Shown here piece after piece: positions 1-10,233 of a stretch of 64,000 bases of DNA. Position numbers and translations under genes: made by a program. Position 1 is the first letter of the stretch. Each line of letters starts with the position of its first letter. Where the stretch lies: IMG/VR virus record IMGVR_UViG_3300035661_000045, positions 1-64,000 of that record. One strand, given 5' to 3'. Under the pieces are notes generated by a model that made no database searches, was not told the DNA's origin, and saw only the letters and a list, made by a program, of their open reading frames with translations. This DNA comes from a virus.

Positions 1-8
1 GTTCAACG

Positions 9-302
9 ATGGCTGAATTAGTTATCCCTGCTACATGGACAGCAAAGGATGGAACTATATATGCTTATCAGGGCATGATTACTTCCGTGTGGAATGATGG
101 TATTAACAATGGAGTTTATCAGTTGAACGGCACTGATTATACAGTAGCTGTAAATTGGGTAAAAGTTAATGATGATGCAGTAGACATTAAAACAAAATTA
201 GAAAGCATTCAGGAAGAAGCTAACAAGTTAAGTATTTATGCAATAAAAGATTTGGATTCAAAACTAACTAAACTAACTAAACTGGCAAAAGCTGGATTAT
301 AA
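9..302 (+). CDS. small hypothetical virion/fibre-associated protein
   Basis: 97-aa ORF with ATG start and TAA stop, abutting the next gene in the fibre region. Confidence 0.55.
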   Translation: MAELVIPATWTAKDGTIYAYQGMITSVWNDGINNGVYQLNGTDYTVAVNWVKVNDDAVDIKTKLESIQEEANKLSIYAIKDLDSKLTKLTKLAKAGL

Positions 303-303
303 T

Positions 304-1866
304 ATGAGAGAACTAATTAAAAGCGGAGCATATCATTTTGACGACAAATCACGCTCCATAACAATAACAGATGGTCGAAGTTTCACTGCTCACGACATAA
401 GACTTATTTACAATGAAACGCAAGACGTTGTTTTAGTCTCAAGCGGTGCAAAAGCAGGAATAACAGTATCGGGTTCAATTATTACCTATCCAGATTCAAT
501 CCCTGCACTTGTAGCAGGCGATGATATAACTATTGAAATAGATTTTCCTCAAAAAGAAGTTTTGGTAGTAACGCATACGCAACCCGTTAATTTTACAAAT
601 TTATCAGCAACGGTAAATATTCAGCAGACAGGTACGATGCTTAGTTTTGGAAACGCAACAAATCTACAAATTCTTAGAATTGGAGCAACATCATATGTTT
701 CATTATCATTGCCTGCATTTGTGAATCAAGGAGAATCTATTAATGCAACTGTACAAAATACAGGAATACAAAATATTATTATTCAAAAAAGTAGTACTTC
801 ATCTAATACAATTTCTACAGGTTCGTTAGTCGCAAAAACATTAGATAGTGGATGTACATTTGCTTATTATTCTACCTACTTAAGTAAAGTGTTAGTTGGC
901 GGATTAGCAGTTTTTGATGAGGACAAAAATTATATAAATGGAGATGGTAACACTGGTTTTTATCCTTCAATTGGTCAGGCCTTCTTCAATACGCATCATC
1001 TTGAATATAACGGGAAACTTTATTACTATTCTATGGAGAGAAGTTGGATAATTGAATTAGATTTATCGAATGGCTCTATACGTGGAATACTCGGTGGTGT
1101 TTTTCCATTTCAAATGATAATTGTTGGAAATAACATATATATAAATAGTTATGGAAGTGGTGGTTATGCTATTAGAGTTGTTGACCTAACCACATTAGCA
1201 ATTACTAATTTTGGTTATACATCTAACTCTTCAACATTCATTCCCATGTTCAGTGATGGAGTTAGTATTTATTATGCGAATTATACTGGAAACATTGTAT
1301 GAAAACTTACTGGAACAACTTTAGTGTCATCTTCTGGAGGTGGCACAACTAACTATTATCCGTTCACAATAGCTGTAGGGGATTATGTGTATATGAATAA
1401 TAGTAACCAAATTTACAAATATAATAAATCGGATATGACGTGGGTAGCTACTTTAGCAGCAGGTGTATTGGGTGGCGTTAATACATTAATTGCTAATACA
1501 GATGGCTCTTATATATACTGTTTAGGAGCAACAGGAACAATTCAAAAAATAAGTACTTCATCATTTACAATTACTGCAACTTTTTCATCAGGAATTTCAG
1601 ATTTAAAATTTGCAAGTGTGATATTGTATAATGGCAAGATTTATATTATGTCAGGGGATGGACGTGGGAGTGATATTGGACAAACATTTGCTGTTTTAGA
1701 TACTTCGAATGACGTAGTTACATTATACGCACCTCCAACCAATGGGTTGAATTTCAATACACACAACGCATTAAATATAGACCCTGTAAATAATAGACTA
1801 ATATTCTTTGGAGTAAATACATTAGGAATTAGTTTTTACAACGTAGAAATCATAAATATACCTTAA
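304..1866 (+). CDS. fibre/receptor-binding-like protein with beta-propeller-like C-terminus (520 aa, TGA=Trp at 1300)
   Basis: ORFs 304-1302 and 1324-1866 are in the same frame and joined by one TGA (NIV-W-KLTGTT). Thr/Ser/Gly/Tyr-rich beta composition. Confidence 0.7.
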
Positions 1867-1868
1867 TT

Positions 1869-2036
1869 ATGTGGTTTATAATCAGTAGAGAAAAGATTGA
1901 CAAGGTTAGTCTTTCGCAAGAAAACGAAGAGCAGATTTTTATTGAAAATGTGCCAGAAGATTTAATAAATAATCTTTCAAAATATTTATATATAGATGGT
2001 TCATTTGTAGTAGATACAAATTGGGTAGAACAGTAA
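1869..2036 (+). CDS. small hypothetical protein (55 aa), possibly a fibre chaperone
   Basis: ATG 1869 to TAA 2036 (MWFIISREKIDKV...DTNWVEQ), directly after the fibre-like gene and below the ORF-track cutoff. Confidence 0.5.
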   Translation: MWFIISREKIDKVSLSQENEEQIFIENVPEDLINNLSKYLYIDGSFVVDTNWVEQ

Positions 2037-2134
2037 TATAACTAATATAAATTAATTTGGAAATTATAACAATACCAATAGAAATATAGAAATAAAGAAG
2101 ATTCAAAAATCTAATGTTTCTAAACAATAATAAG

Positions 2135-2160
2135 TCCCACAACTTTGATTAGTTGTGGGA
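2135..2160. terminator. perfect 10-bp stem hairpin (terminator or palindromic element)
   Basis: TCCCACAACT-ttgatt-AGTTGTGGGA in an intergenic gap, with no clear U-tract. Confidence 0.4.
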
Positions 2161-2186
2161 ATACTAATTTCTAAAATAAATATTTA

Positions 2187-4772
2187 ATGGAGAATATATA
2201 CGACATGGGAACTCAGGCATGAAGAAAATGAGTTTCACATTGAATTAATAGTGTTTCTAATAAAACAAATGAAAATGGCAAATTTGATGCAGATACATTA
2301 GATGGATTTGATTCAACCTATTTCGCATCACGAAATACAACATATACAAAGATAGAAGTAGATACATTGATTAATAATGGCGGAAGTGGTGAAAGTGGTG
2401 GAAGTGGAATGATTGTAGTTGATAATTATTCTTCCCTACCAGATCCAACAACTGTATCTGGTAATTTCTATTGGGTAACTAATTCTCAGGGAACTTCATG
2501 GTTACCAGGGTCTATCGGTGGAACATTTTATAATTCAGGAACATACTACTCAAATGGAGTTGCATGGTCATTTTTAAATGTACCATATCAAGCTACACAA
2601 GATGAAGTTAATACTGGAACTGTTAAAGATAAGTTTGTTACTCCATTAACTTTTACAAATTCAACGTTATGGGATACCAAACAGCCCATAGGAAACTATG
2701 CAACAGGTGGAGGAACTGCAATTAATATAAATACAGGTGACCAAGATTTATCAGGATTACAACCAAAAACAGATGCATCTCTCGAAACAGATTCAACTAC
2801 TATTGTTGGAGCTATAAACGAGGTAAATTCAGTTGCAAAAGGAGCAAATAAGGCACTATCATTTACTGACTATAAGGATGTTATTTCTAAAATGTCAGTT
2901 ACTGGATTAAATGTTGGTCAAAATCTTTACATCGAAGAATTAAACGTTCCTGACTTATGGATTAAAACAGTTGAAAATACAAGTATACCATACACTTATG
3001 TTTCAGATTCTCAATTTGTATCTGATATTCTGGCAGGAACTCAAATTGGTTATTATCAGTTGTCTATTTTAGAAACGCAAAAAGTTGATTTAACAAATTA
3101 CTATACAAAAAACGAAATTAACACTAATTTCAGAAATGAAACACAAGCCACAATAGGAACATTAATTGAAATAACCGAATTAACATCTATTTTAGACACT
3201 ACTAAAATTGCAGCTTCGGATAATTCATTTTTGAAATGGTTCAGCGGATTAACAATTTATATATATTTAAAAAGTAAATTTGATCCAGTTTATCAAGCAG
3301 TAGGAAATTATGTTTCAATAAACCAAAATACATCTGATTCATATCTTGCTCAATGGAACGGTACTAATTCAAAAACCCTTAAAAACGGATTGCCAATAAG
3401 TACTTTTTTGCAAACAGCAGGAGTTGCAGGTGGTCAAAAAGCTATTGGTGGCACTGGAGCAACTGATATTCTTAATCTACAAGGAACATTAGGAAATGGT
3501 ACTCTAACCAGCCCATCTATTCAAGCTCTTGTTGGGAATAACGGTGCAACTAATGCTTTAACTATTTTAAATAATGGGAATGTTGGGATTGGGACGACAT
3601 CACCTACGGAGAAACTAACTATTATAGATAATAATCCAACTGCTGGAGTTCCATCTTTTTCTGTTAAAAACTCAAATAGTGCTGGAGCAGGTAGGTTTAG
3701 TGTGAACAACAATGGAACTGGGTCAGTAATAGTTCAGTCGACAGGTAGTGCTTATGCAAGTATTCCATCATTATATAATATTGGTTATATTGGTATCTCT
3801 GGAAATCTTACAACATTAAATTTTGGGACTAATGCAGATTTGGATACAGGAGGAACATCACCTATTATATTTTCTACCGGAGGATATAATAATATCCCAA
3901 CAATGATAGTTACGGCAGGAAATCCAGGTAAAATTGGAATCGGAATTACGACACCGACAGCATTTCTACATATAAAAGCAGGAACATCCACAGCTAACAC
4001 ATCTCCTCTTAAATTCACAAGTGGAACTTTATTAACTGTATCAGAAGATGGCGCTATTGAATATCTTACAAATGCGTTTTATTTAAGAAATGATAAATTA
4101 ATAATTGGAAGCAATACCAACAACGGTGTTGACAAACTCCAAGTAAACGGCTCAAGTTTATCTACTACCGCAAAAGGAGGAACAACAACCGACTATGTAC
4201 AGAATGATGCTAATGGTATTCGGCTAATTGGAACAGCAACGCAATTTGATGATTTATCTGCTGGAGCTTTAACATTGCAACAAACCGGTCCAGGCGTTTC
4301 ACTTAATATTCCTGAATGTTCAGTTGATTTTACTTCGACTTCGAATTTATCCGATTATGTTGTGCAATCAATTCAACTAAGCCATGCTTGGAAATTGAAC
4401 TCTGTAATATTCCCACATATACATTTTGTTCAAACAACGAATGCAGTTCCTAATTTTCTGCTTCAATATCGTTGGCAGATTGATGGTGGAGCAACAACAA
4501 CAGATTGGACTAATTTGAAATGTAATATAACAGCATTTTCCTATAGTAGTGGAAGTTTAAATCAGATAGCTCACACAATAGGAGGAATAACACCTCCAGT
4601 AGGGGCTAATTTAAGCGATGGATTAGAATTTAGAGTTATTCGAGATACTGCAAACACAAGCGGAATTTTTGCAGGTTCAGACCCTGTTAATGCAACTGTA
4701 AGGATTAAATATTTCGACATCCATATTGAGAAAGATAGTATAGGATCGAACACCGAATATTCAAAAAATTAA
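2187..4772 (+). CDS. tail fibre protein (861 aa, three TGA=Trp at codons 12, 15, 19)
   Basis: ATG 2187 is in frame with the 801-aa ORF. The extension contains the fibre motif DADTLDGFDSTYFA. The body has GNVGIGTTSP/GKIGIGITTP repeats typical of Bacteroidota phage fibres. Confidence 0.8.
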
Positions 4773-4777
4773 TAATT

Positions 4778-5017
4778 ATGAAAATATTAGAACAAATACG
4801 AACATGGAAAAATAAAATATTTCCTGATTGGATATGAAGTATTTTTGTAGGTGAAGTACTTGGATTGATAGGAGTAATAACACAAGTTACATTGCTTGTG
4901 TTAGTAATTCCATTTATTATTACGGTAATAAATCAATTTTATAATAAGTTGTTTAAGCCAAAAGATTTTATTTTAAGAATGATTGTACCTATAATTTTAT
5001 ATTTAATTATATTATAA
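4778..5017 (+). CDS. small multi-pass membrane protein, holin/antiholin candidate (79 aa, TGA=Trp at 4835)
   Basis: Hydrophobic segments VLGLIGVITQVTLLVLVIPFII and MIVPIILYLIIL. First gene of the lysis cluster. Confidence 0.55.
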
Positions 5018-5610
5018 TGATAAAAAACTATATATTACTAGGATTAATTATATTACTTTTAATTAGTGGTGTATTTATTTACATCACAATTAAGTCTAAC
5101 ATTAAACTTAAAGAAAATTGAAGTCAATCAGAAAATAACTATAAAGCGTCTAATAGAAAAAACATTGCATATCAATTGACTATTGAACAAATGAAACTTA
5201 GTTCTGATTCTGATGATATAAGACTATTAGAGTTTAAAAATAGACTAAAGTTGAAAGATTCTAAGATATCTGCATTAATGTCAATAACTGAAAACAGTAG
5301 AAAGACTGATACAATAAATTCAACAGATACATTATTCGTAAAAAATTTAAAGTTAGATACAATAGTTGGTGATAAATGGATAAAGAATAGACTTCAATTA
5401 CAATATCCAGGAAGAATAATAATAACTGACAGTATCTTAAATATAAAAAATATAGTGTGAGTCATTAAGCGAGAAACTATTGACCCACCAAAGAAGTTTT
5501 TCTTATGTAGATGGTTTCAACCAAAACATACATTAATTGAAATAACAATTGAGGATTTAAATCCATATTTTAAAACAAAACAATTCAAGTATAATACAAT
5601 AATTAAATAA
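5017..5610 (+). CDS. N-anchored coiled-coil lysis protein, DUF6549-like/spanin candidate (197 aa, TGA=Trp at 5119 and 5458)
   Basis: N-terminal TM, coiled coil, and a C-terminal KRETIDPPKKFFLCRWFQ motif recovered only by TGA readthrough. Confidence 0.65.
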
Positions 5611-5612
5611 CA

Positions 5613-5993
5613 ATGGATATAATCTTAACTGCTCTTGGAGCAACAGTATTAGCTATAGTTACATACTTTCTAGGAAGAAGAAAGAACGATTCTGATATTA
5701 AAAAAAATAATGCTGACACCAAGAAAAGTGAGGCTGAAGCTGAAAAGCTTGATACGGAAAATAAAATAATGCAAGTTGAATTATTTGAAAAATTAAATAG
5801 TGTTTTAACTGAGCAAAATGATTTGTTATTATTATCAAATGAAAAACTAATGAAATCAAATGGTATTGTAATGGAACAAAATAAAAAACTATTAAAGAAA
5901 GTTAGTTTACTAGAAGATAGACTTGAGATTATAGAAAGTAAATTTAGTTGTGCAAATGCACCAACATGTCCAAATAAAAAAGAAATTCAATAA
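5613..5993 (+). CDS. holin-like membrane protein (N-terminal TM plus coiled coil)
   Basis: MDIILTALGATVLAIVTYFLGRRK followed by a coiled coil, immediately upstream of the endolysin. Confidence 0.55.
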   Translation: MDIILTALGATVLAIVTYFLGRRKNDSDIKKNNADTKKSEAEAEKLDTENKIMQVELFEKLNSVLTEQNDLLLLSNEKLMKSNGIVMEQNKKLLKKVSLLEDRLEIIESKFSCANAPTCPNKKEIQ

Positions 5994-5997
5994 TAAT

Positions 5998-6405
5998 ATG
6001 AAGCACTTTAGTATAAATGAATTAATTGCTACTAATACTGGACTACCAAATATTCCAATGCAACCAGAAAAAGATAATTTAATAAAATTGGTAGATAATA
6101 TTCTTGATCCACTAAGAGAATTATATGGAAAGCCAATACATATAAATTCAGGATATAGAAGTCCAGCAGTAAATAAAAAGATAGGTGGAGTATCTACATC
6201 TCAACATGTAGAGGGAAAAGCAGCAGATATTACCGCTGGATCAAAAGAAGAAAATGAGAAATTGTTCAATTTAATATCAGATAAATTTATATTTGATCAA
6301 TTAATAGATGAGAAAAACTTTTTATGGATTCATGTTAGTTTTTCTGATGGTAAAAATAGAATGCAACGATTAGAATTCAAAGATAATAAATACATAAACA
6401 TATAA
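5998..6405 (+). CDS. endolysin, peptidase M15A family
   Basis: Motifs INSGYRS, SQH..GKAADI and WIHVS. Likely start at MKHFSINEL. Confidence 0.9.
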   Translation: MKHFSINELIATNTGLPNIPMQPEKDNLIKLVDNILDPLRELYGKPIHINSGYRSPAVNKKIGGVSTSQHVEGKAADITAGSKEENEKLFNLISDKFIFDQLIDEKNFLWIHVSFSDGKNRMQRLEFKDNKYINI

Positions 6406-6451
6406 TTTAGTTATAGGATTTGATAAATTTATATAACAAAAAATATATAAA

Positions 6452-6483
6452 TTTCCAAGTTTAAAATGTTTAAATTATCTTTG
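6452..6483 (+). promoter_or_regulatory. Bacteroidota sigma-A-type promoter upstream of scaffold/MCP
   Basis: TATCTTTG (-7 consensus TAnnTTTG) at 6476-6483, with an imperfect TTTC -33 box 20 nt upstream. Confidence 0.5.
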
Positions 6484-6515
6484 CAATAGTTTATAATTTA
6501 ATTAGGGAGAAATTA

Positions 6516-7688
6516 ATGAAAGAGTTTAAAAATGTCTGCATGTTTTTTGGTGTAGATGAAGATTTAAGTATGGATGCATTTGAAGATGCATCAGATAGTC
6601 CATTTGATGCATCAGTTCAATCAACTGATTCACCATTTGATGAAAATAATATAGAAAAACCCGCCGATGTGGTTAGTCCAGAAGTCATTTTTGATGAAGA
6701 TAATCCACAGGGGAACGTAGGCGATGATAGTGATAATGAAGAAGAAACGGTAGAACCACCTAATTCCAACAAAGATAAAGGTTCTTCTCCCAAGTTAACT
6801 CACTCTTCCGCCTACTTAAAAGCATTAAAGGATGATGGGGTTCTACCAGATCTTACAGACGAATTTATTCAAGAAGCAACTACTCCTGAGAAATTTGCGG
6901 AAGCAATAGAACTTCAGGTTAAAGCTAGAATGGATGAACGTCAAAAAAGAATTGATGAAGCACTTGCAGTAAATGTACAGATAGATGATATTAAGCGATA
7001 TGAAAACGCTCTTACATATCTTGATGGAATTGAAGAAGATGCACTAGTCGATGAATCCGATGAATCTGAAAATCTTAGAAAACAGATTATTTATCAAGAC
7101 TATATCAATAAAGGTTTTAAACCTGAACGAGCACAAAAGGAAGTTAATAAATCCTTTAATGCTGGAACTGATATAGAAGATGCTAAGTTAGCTCTTGAAA
7201 GTAATAAGGAGTATTTTAAAGAAGAGTATGATGAGTTGATTGAAAAGAATAAACAAAAGGTTAAGCAAGAAAAGATTGAAAGAGATAAACAAGTCTCAGA
7301 ATTTAAAAAGAAAATCTTAGAAACGGAGGAACCATTTGGAATTAAAGTTGATAAAACAACAAGACAAAAAGTATTAGACAATATAGTAAAGCCAATCCAC
7401 AAAGACAAGGATGGTAAACTATTGACATCATTACAGAAATATTCAAAAGAGAATCCTAGTGATTCAGAATATTATTTTAGTTTATTTTATGAACTTACAG
7501 ATGGGTTCAAAAATGTTGATAAGCTTGTAGGTCAAAAGGTCAAGCAAAGCACTAAAAGTGCATTGAGATCTTTAGACAATAAATTAAAGAATACACCACT
7601 TAATAGTGATGGTTCTGTAGATTTTAATTCTGGACTTGACGATAATTCTCATTTAAGCACCTTACCTAAAGGATGGAAATTTGCTTAA
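6516..7688 (+). CDS. acidic capsid scaffold-like protein (conserved crAss gene preceding MCP)
   Basis: Very acidic N-terminus, helical/coiled-coil body, and position directly before the MCP. Confidence 0.65.
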   Translation: MKEFKNVCMFFGVDEDLSMDAFEDASDSPFDASVQSTDSPFDENNIEKPADVVSPEVIFDEDNPQGNVGDDSDNEEETVEPPNSNKDKGSSPKLTHSSAYLKALKDDGVLPDLTDEFIQEATTPEKFAEAIELQVKARMDERQKRIDEALAVNVQIDDIKRYENALTYLDGIEEDALVDESDESENLRKQIIYQDYINKGFKPERAQKEVNKSFNAGTDIEDAKLALESNKEYFKEEYDELIEKNKQKVKQEKIERDKQVSEFKKKILETEEPFGIKVDKTTRQKVLDNIVKPIHKDKDGKLLTSLQKYSKENPSDSEYYFSLFYELTDGFKNVDKLVGQKVKQSTKSALRSLDNKLKNTPLNSDGSVDFNSGLDDNSHLSTLPKGWKFA

Positions 7689-7730
7689 TCAAAAAGATAT
7701 AAAGTCAACCAATTAAAATAAAATTAAAAA

Positions 7731-10119
7731 ATGGCTAATCAGCTATCAAAATTTGGGATGTTAGAATTCCAGTCCTTTAAAGGATTGTCTAAGGAAAACC
7801 ATCTTGGTGCAATGTATTCCCTCGCACCACAAAAAGCTACTGAAAAAATGGTTCAGTTGCTTGCAAATTATAGAGGTAAAACTCTTGAAGATTATTTAAA
7901 ACAATTTCCTATTAAGTATTTCGATGACGATAACGACTTCTACTGGCAGGTGATAGGCAGTTCACGTCGTAACATCGAATTAGTTGAAGCCCGTCATGAT
8001 GATGGCACTATCGTAGATAATTCTGAATTTGCCGGAGTAGCTGGCGTACCATTCTATTTGGTATTTGCAGAAGACTGGTTCGGTAAAGGTGAAGTAATCG
8101 TAGGAGAAAAAAATGAATTATATCAGATTCGTGTTCTTGCAGAACCACGGGCTGAAGGTTCAAACTGGGTTTACAAATGTGAAACAATGGGCGGACTTCT
8201 TGCTGGAATTCCTGCTTCTGAACTTTCTGCTGGTAAACGATTCTCATTTGAATTTGCTCCAGTTGAATCAAGTCGTTCTAAAGGTGTTGGTGCAGTTCGC
8301 TATACCACTCCTACTGCAATGCGTAATGAATGGACTACAATACGTTTAAAAGAACGTGTTCCTGGAAATATGCTTAACCGAAAATTAGCAGTTCCAATTA
8401 CCATGAAAGACTCCAACAATAAAAATGTTGAAAGTACAATGTGGATGCATTATGTAGAAATGAAAGTTGAAGAAACTTTCTCTGAATACAAATGTAATGC
8501 TATCATGTATGGTAAATCTAATCGTAACTCTAATGGTGAATATTTAAATTTTGGAGAATCTGGAGATGTAATTAAGACAGGTGATGGTATCCGTGCTCAG
8601 ATGGAAGTTGCTAATGTTCAGTACTATAATGACTTCGATATTAAATTACTAGAAGATGCATTACTTGAACTTTCTGCTTCTAAATTAGATTTGTATAATA
8701 AAGACGAACGTACATTTATTTTCAAAACAGGTGAACGTGGATTGGTTAAATTTAATAAAGCAGTTAAAGATATGGTATCTGGTTGGTATCCAGCCGGAAT
8801 GCTTACTTCGAGTGTAAATAATCCTGGTGTTATTAGCAAATCTGGAAGTAAAATTCATGATAATGCTTTATCTGCTGGATTCCAATTTACTGAATATAAA
8901 GCTCCAAATAACATAACGATTCGTGTTGAAAGCGATCCATTATATGATGATTTGGTTCGTAACAAAATTATGCACCCCGAAGGTGGTCCTGCAATGTCAT
9001 ATCGTTTCGATATTCTTTACATTGGAACTATGGATCAGCCTAATATTCAGATTGCTAAGATTAAAAACCAAGATGAGATGAGATCTTATCGTTGGGGAAT
9101 TAGAAATCCGTATACGGGAGCAATGGGTAACCCTAGACAATATTGGGGCCTAGCAGCGTAATCTGCTAGTAAACTTTTACCAATATCGGTGAAATTTTCG
9201 TGAGTATTATTTGATTATTCCAATTATTTTATTTACCTTTGTATAAATTTATAATATAAAGTAAAATGGAAGAATTTAGGAGTATAAAAGGATACGAAAG
9301 TTATTATGAAATATCTAACTTGGGTAATGTAAAAACATTATATAGTAGATATAAAAAATGTATATTTAAAAAGCCATTTGTAAGAAAAGATGGATATGTT
9401 GTTATAAATCTTGTGAAAGATAATAAGCAAACAACATTTTACTTACATAGATTAGTTGCTGATCATTTTATTTCACAAGATGGAGATATATTGAAATCAG
9501 AAGTTAATCACAAAGATGGTAATAAGCAAAACAATTCTGTGAGTAATTTAGAGTGGTGTACAGTTTCTGAAAATAAGAAACATGCATACAACACTGGATT
9601 GACTAAAATTGGTTCTAAGAGAACTTCAAGCAAACTAACAGAAGAAATTATTTATCAAATTCCACAATTAATTAAAGATGGAATTTCAATAATAAATATA
9701 GCAAAGAAATTTAATGTTTCAAAAACTGCAATCTATCACGTATTAACTGGTAGAAATTATGGATTTTTAAATATTGATTTTGGATATACATTTAAAAGTA
9801 ATAACAAAACAACACCGAGATAAGTCATAGATTAAAAATCTTTGACCATCGTAACGCATAGGAACTGAAACTACAGTTGTAGAATAAAATGTTCCCACGA
9901 GTGGTAAACACCCTACTGCAAATGGCAGGGGTGAAAATATATGCTAAACTTTAGCAATCGAAAAGCTAAAGAAGTAAGGGATAAAAAGCCTTTACGATAA
10001 TAAAATTGTATATGTCTTTTGAGGAAGATGAAGCAGAATTTCACCGCTTCACTCAACTTGGAGTGTTTATTTTGGACCCAACAAGAACAATGAGTATTAT
10101 CCCATCTATTTTGGGTTAA
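7731..10119 (+). CDS. major capsid protein, spliced: exon 1 7731-9134, exon 2 10009-10119 (504 aa)
   Basis: crAss-type MCP sequence. Joining the exons gives ...NPYTGAMGNP|YMSFEEDEAEFHRFTQLGVFILDPTRTMSIIPSILG, restoring the LDPTRT C-terminus typical of the family. Confidence 0.9.
9210..9241 (+). promoter_or_regulatory. Bacteroidota promoter for the intron HNH gene
   Basis: TTTG-N20-TACCTTTG, 24 nt upstream of the ATG at 9266. Confidence 0.7.
9266..9823 (+). CDS. intron-encoded NUMOD4-HNH homing endonuclease with C-terminal HTH
   Basis: YEISNLGNVK (NUMOD4), HRLVA, VNHKDGNKQNNSVSNLEW. Lies between the two P4 strands of the intron. Confidence 0.92.
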   Translation: MEEFRSIKGYESYYEISNLGNVKTLYSRYKKCIFKKPFVRKDGYVVINLVKDNKQTTFYLHRLVADHFISQDGDILKSEVNHKDGNKQNNSVSNLEWCTVSENKKHAYNTGLTKIGSKRTSSKLTEEIIYQIPQLIKDGISIINIAKKFNVSKTAIYHVLTGRNYGFLNIDFGYTFKSNNKTTPR

Positions 10120-10128
10120 TCAAAATAA

Positions 10129-10163
10129 AGTACATAGCGGAGAAATCTGCTATGTACTACTTT
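10129..10163 (+). terminator. intrinsic terminator/processing hairpin after MCP
   Basis: AGTACATAGCGGA-gaaa-TCTGCTATGTACT followed by a short ACTTT. Confidence 0.7.
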
Positions 10164-10174
10164 AATTAAAAAGA

Positions 10175-10193
10175 AATTTCTACTGTTGTAGAT
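10175..10193 (+). CRISPR. solitary type V-A (Cas12a) repeat handle; no array and no cas genes
   Basis: AATTTCTACTGTTGTAGAT is the canonical 19-nt Cas12a crRNA 5' handle (Francisella-type loop). Intergenic; only one copy seen. Confidence 0.75.
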
Positions 10194-10233
10194 TAGATAT
10201 TAAATAATTACATTAACAAAGGGAGAAGAATTA

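Larger units (their letters stand above)
9135..10008 (+). mobile_element. group I self-splicing intron (874 nt) in the MCP gene
   Basis: Exon ends in U (CCCT) pairing with GGGG (P1), and the intron ends in G. P3 TTTACCA/TGGTAAA, P4 TCGGTG/CACCGA, P7 GCATA/TATGC. Splicing restores the reading frame. Confidence 0.88.

Noticed and set aside
5950-5997. Longer starts in the track for the endolysin (5950), the short fibre (13287) and the antisense endonuclease (58426)
   Set aside because: The 5950 start overlaps the upstream gene and the 58426 start lies inside the promoter box. The downstream ATGs (5998, 13332, 58456) have typical A-rich leaders and better match family-like N-termini.
9868-9886. 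AAACTACAGTTGTAGAAT, a second Cas12a-like hairpin
   Set aside because: It lacks the AATTTCTAC 5' part and is explained as a peripheral stem between P7 and P3' of the intron.
10129-10233. A true CRISPR array at the Cas12a-like repeat
   Set aside because: Only one handle is present, with no second repeat at spacer distance and no cas gene in the window.
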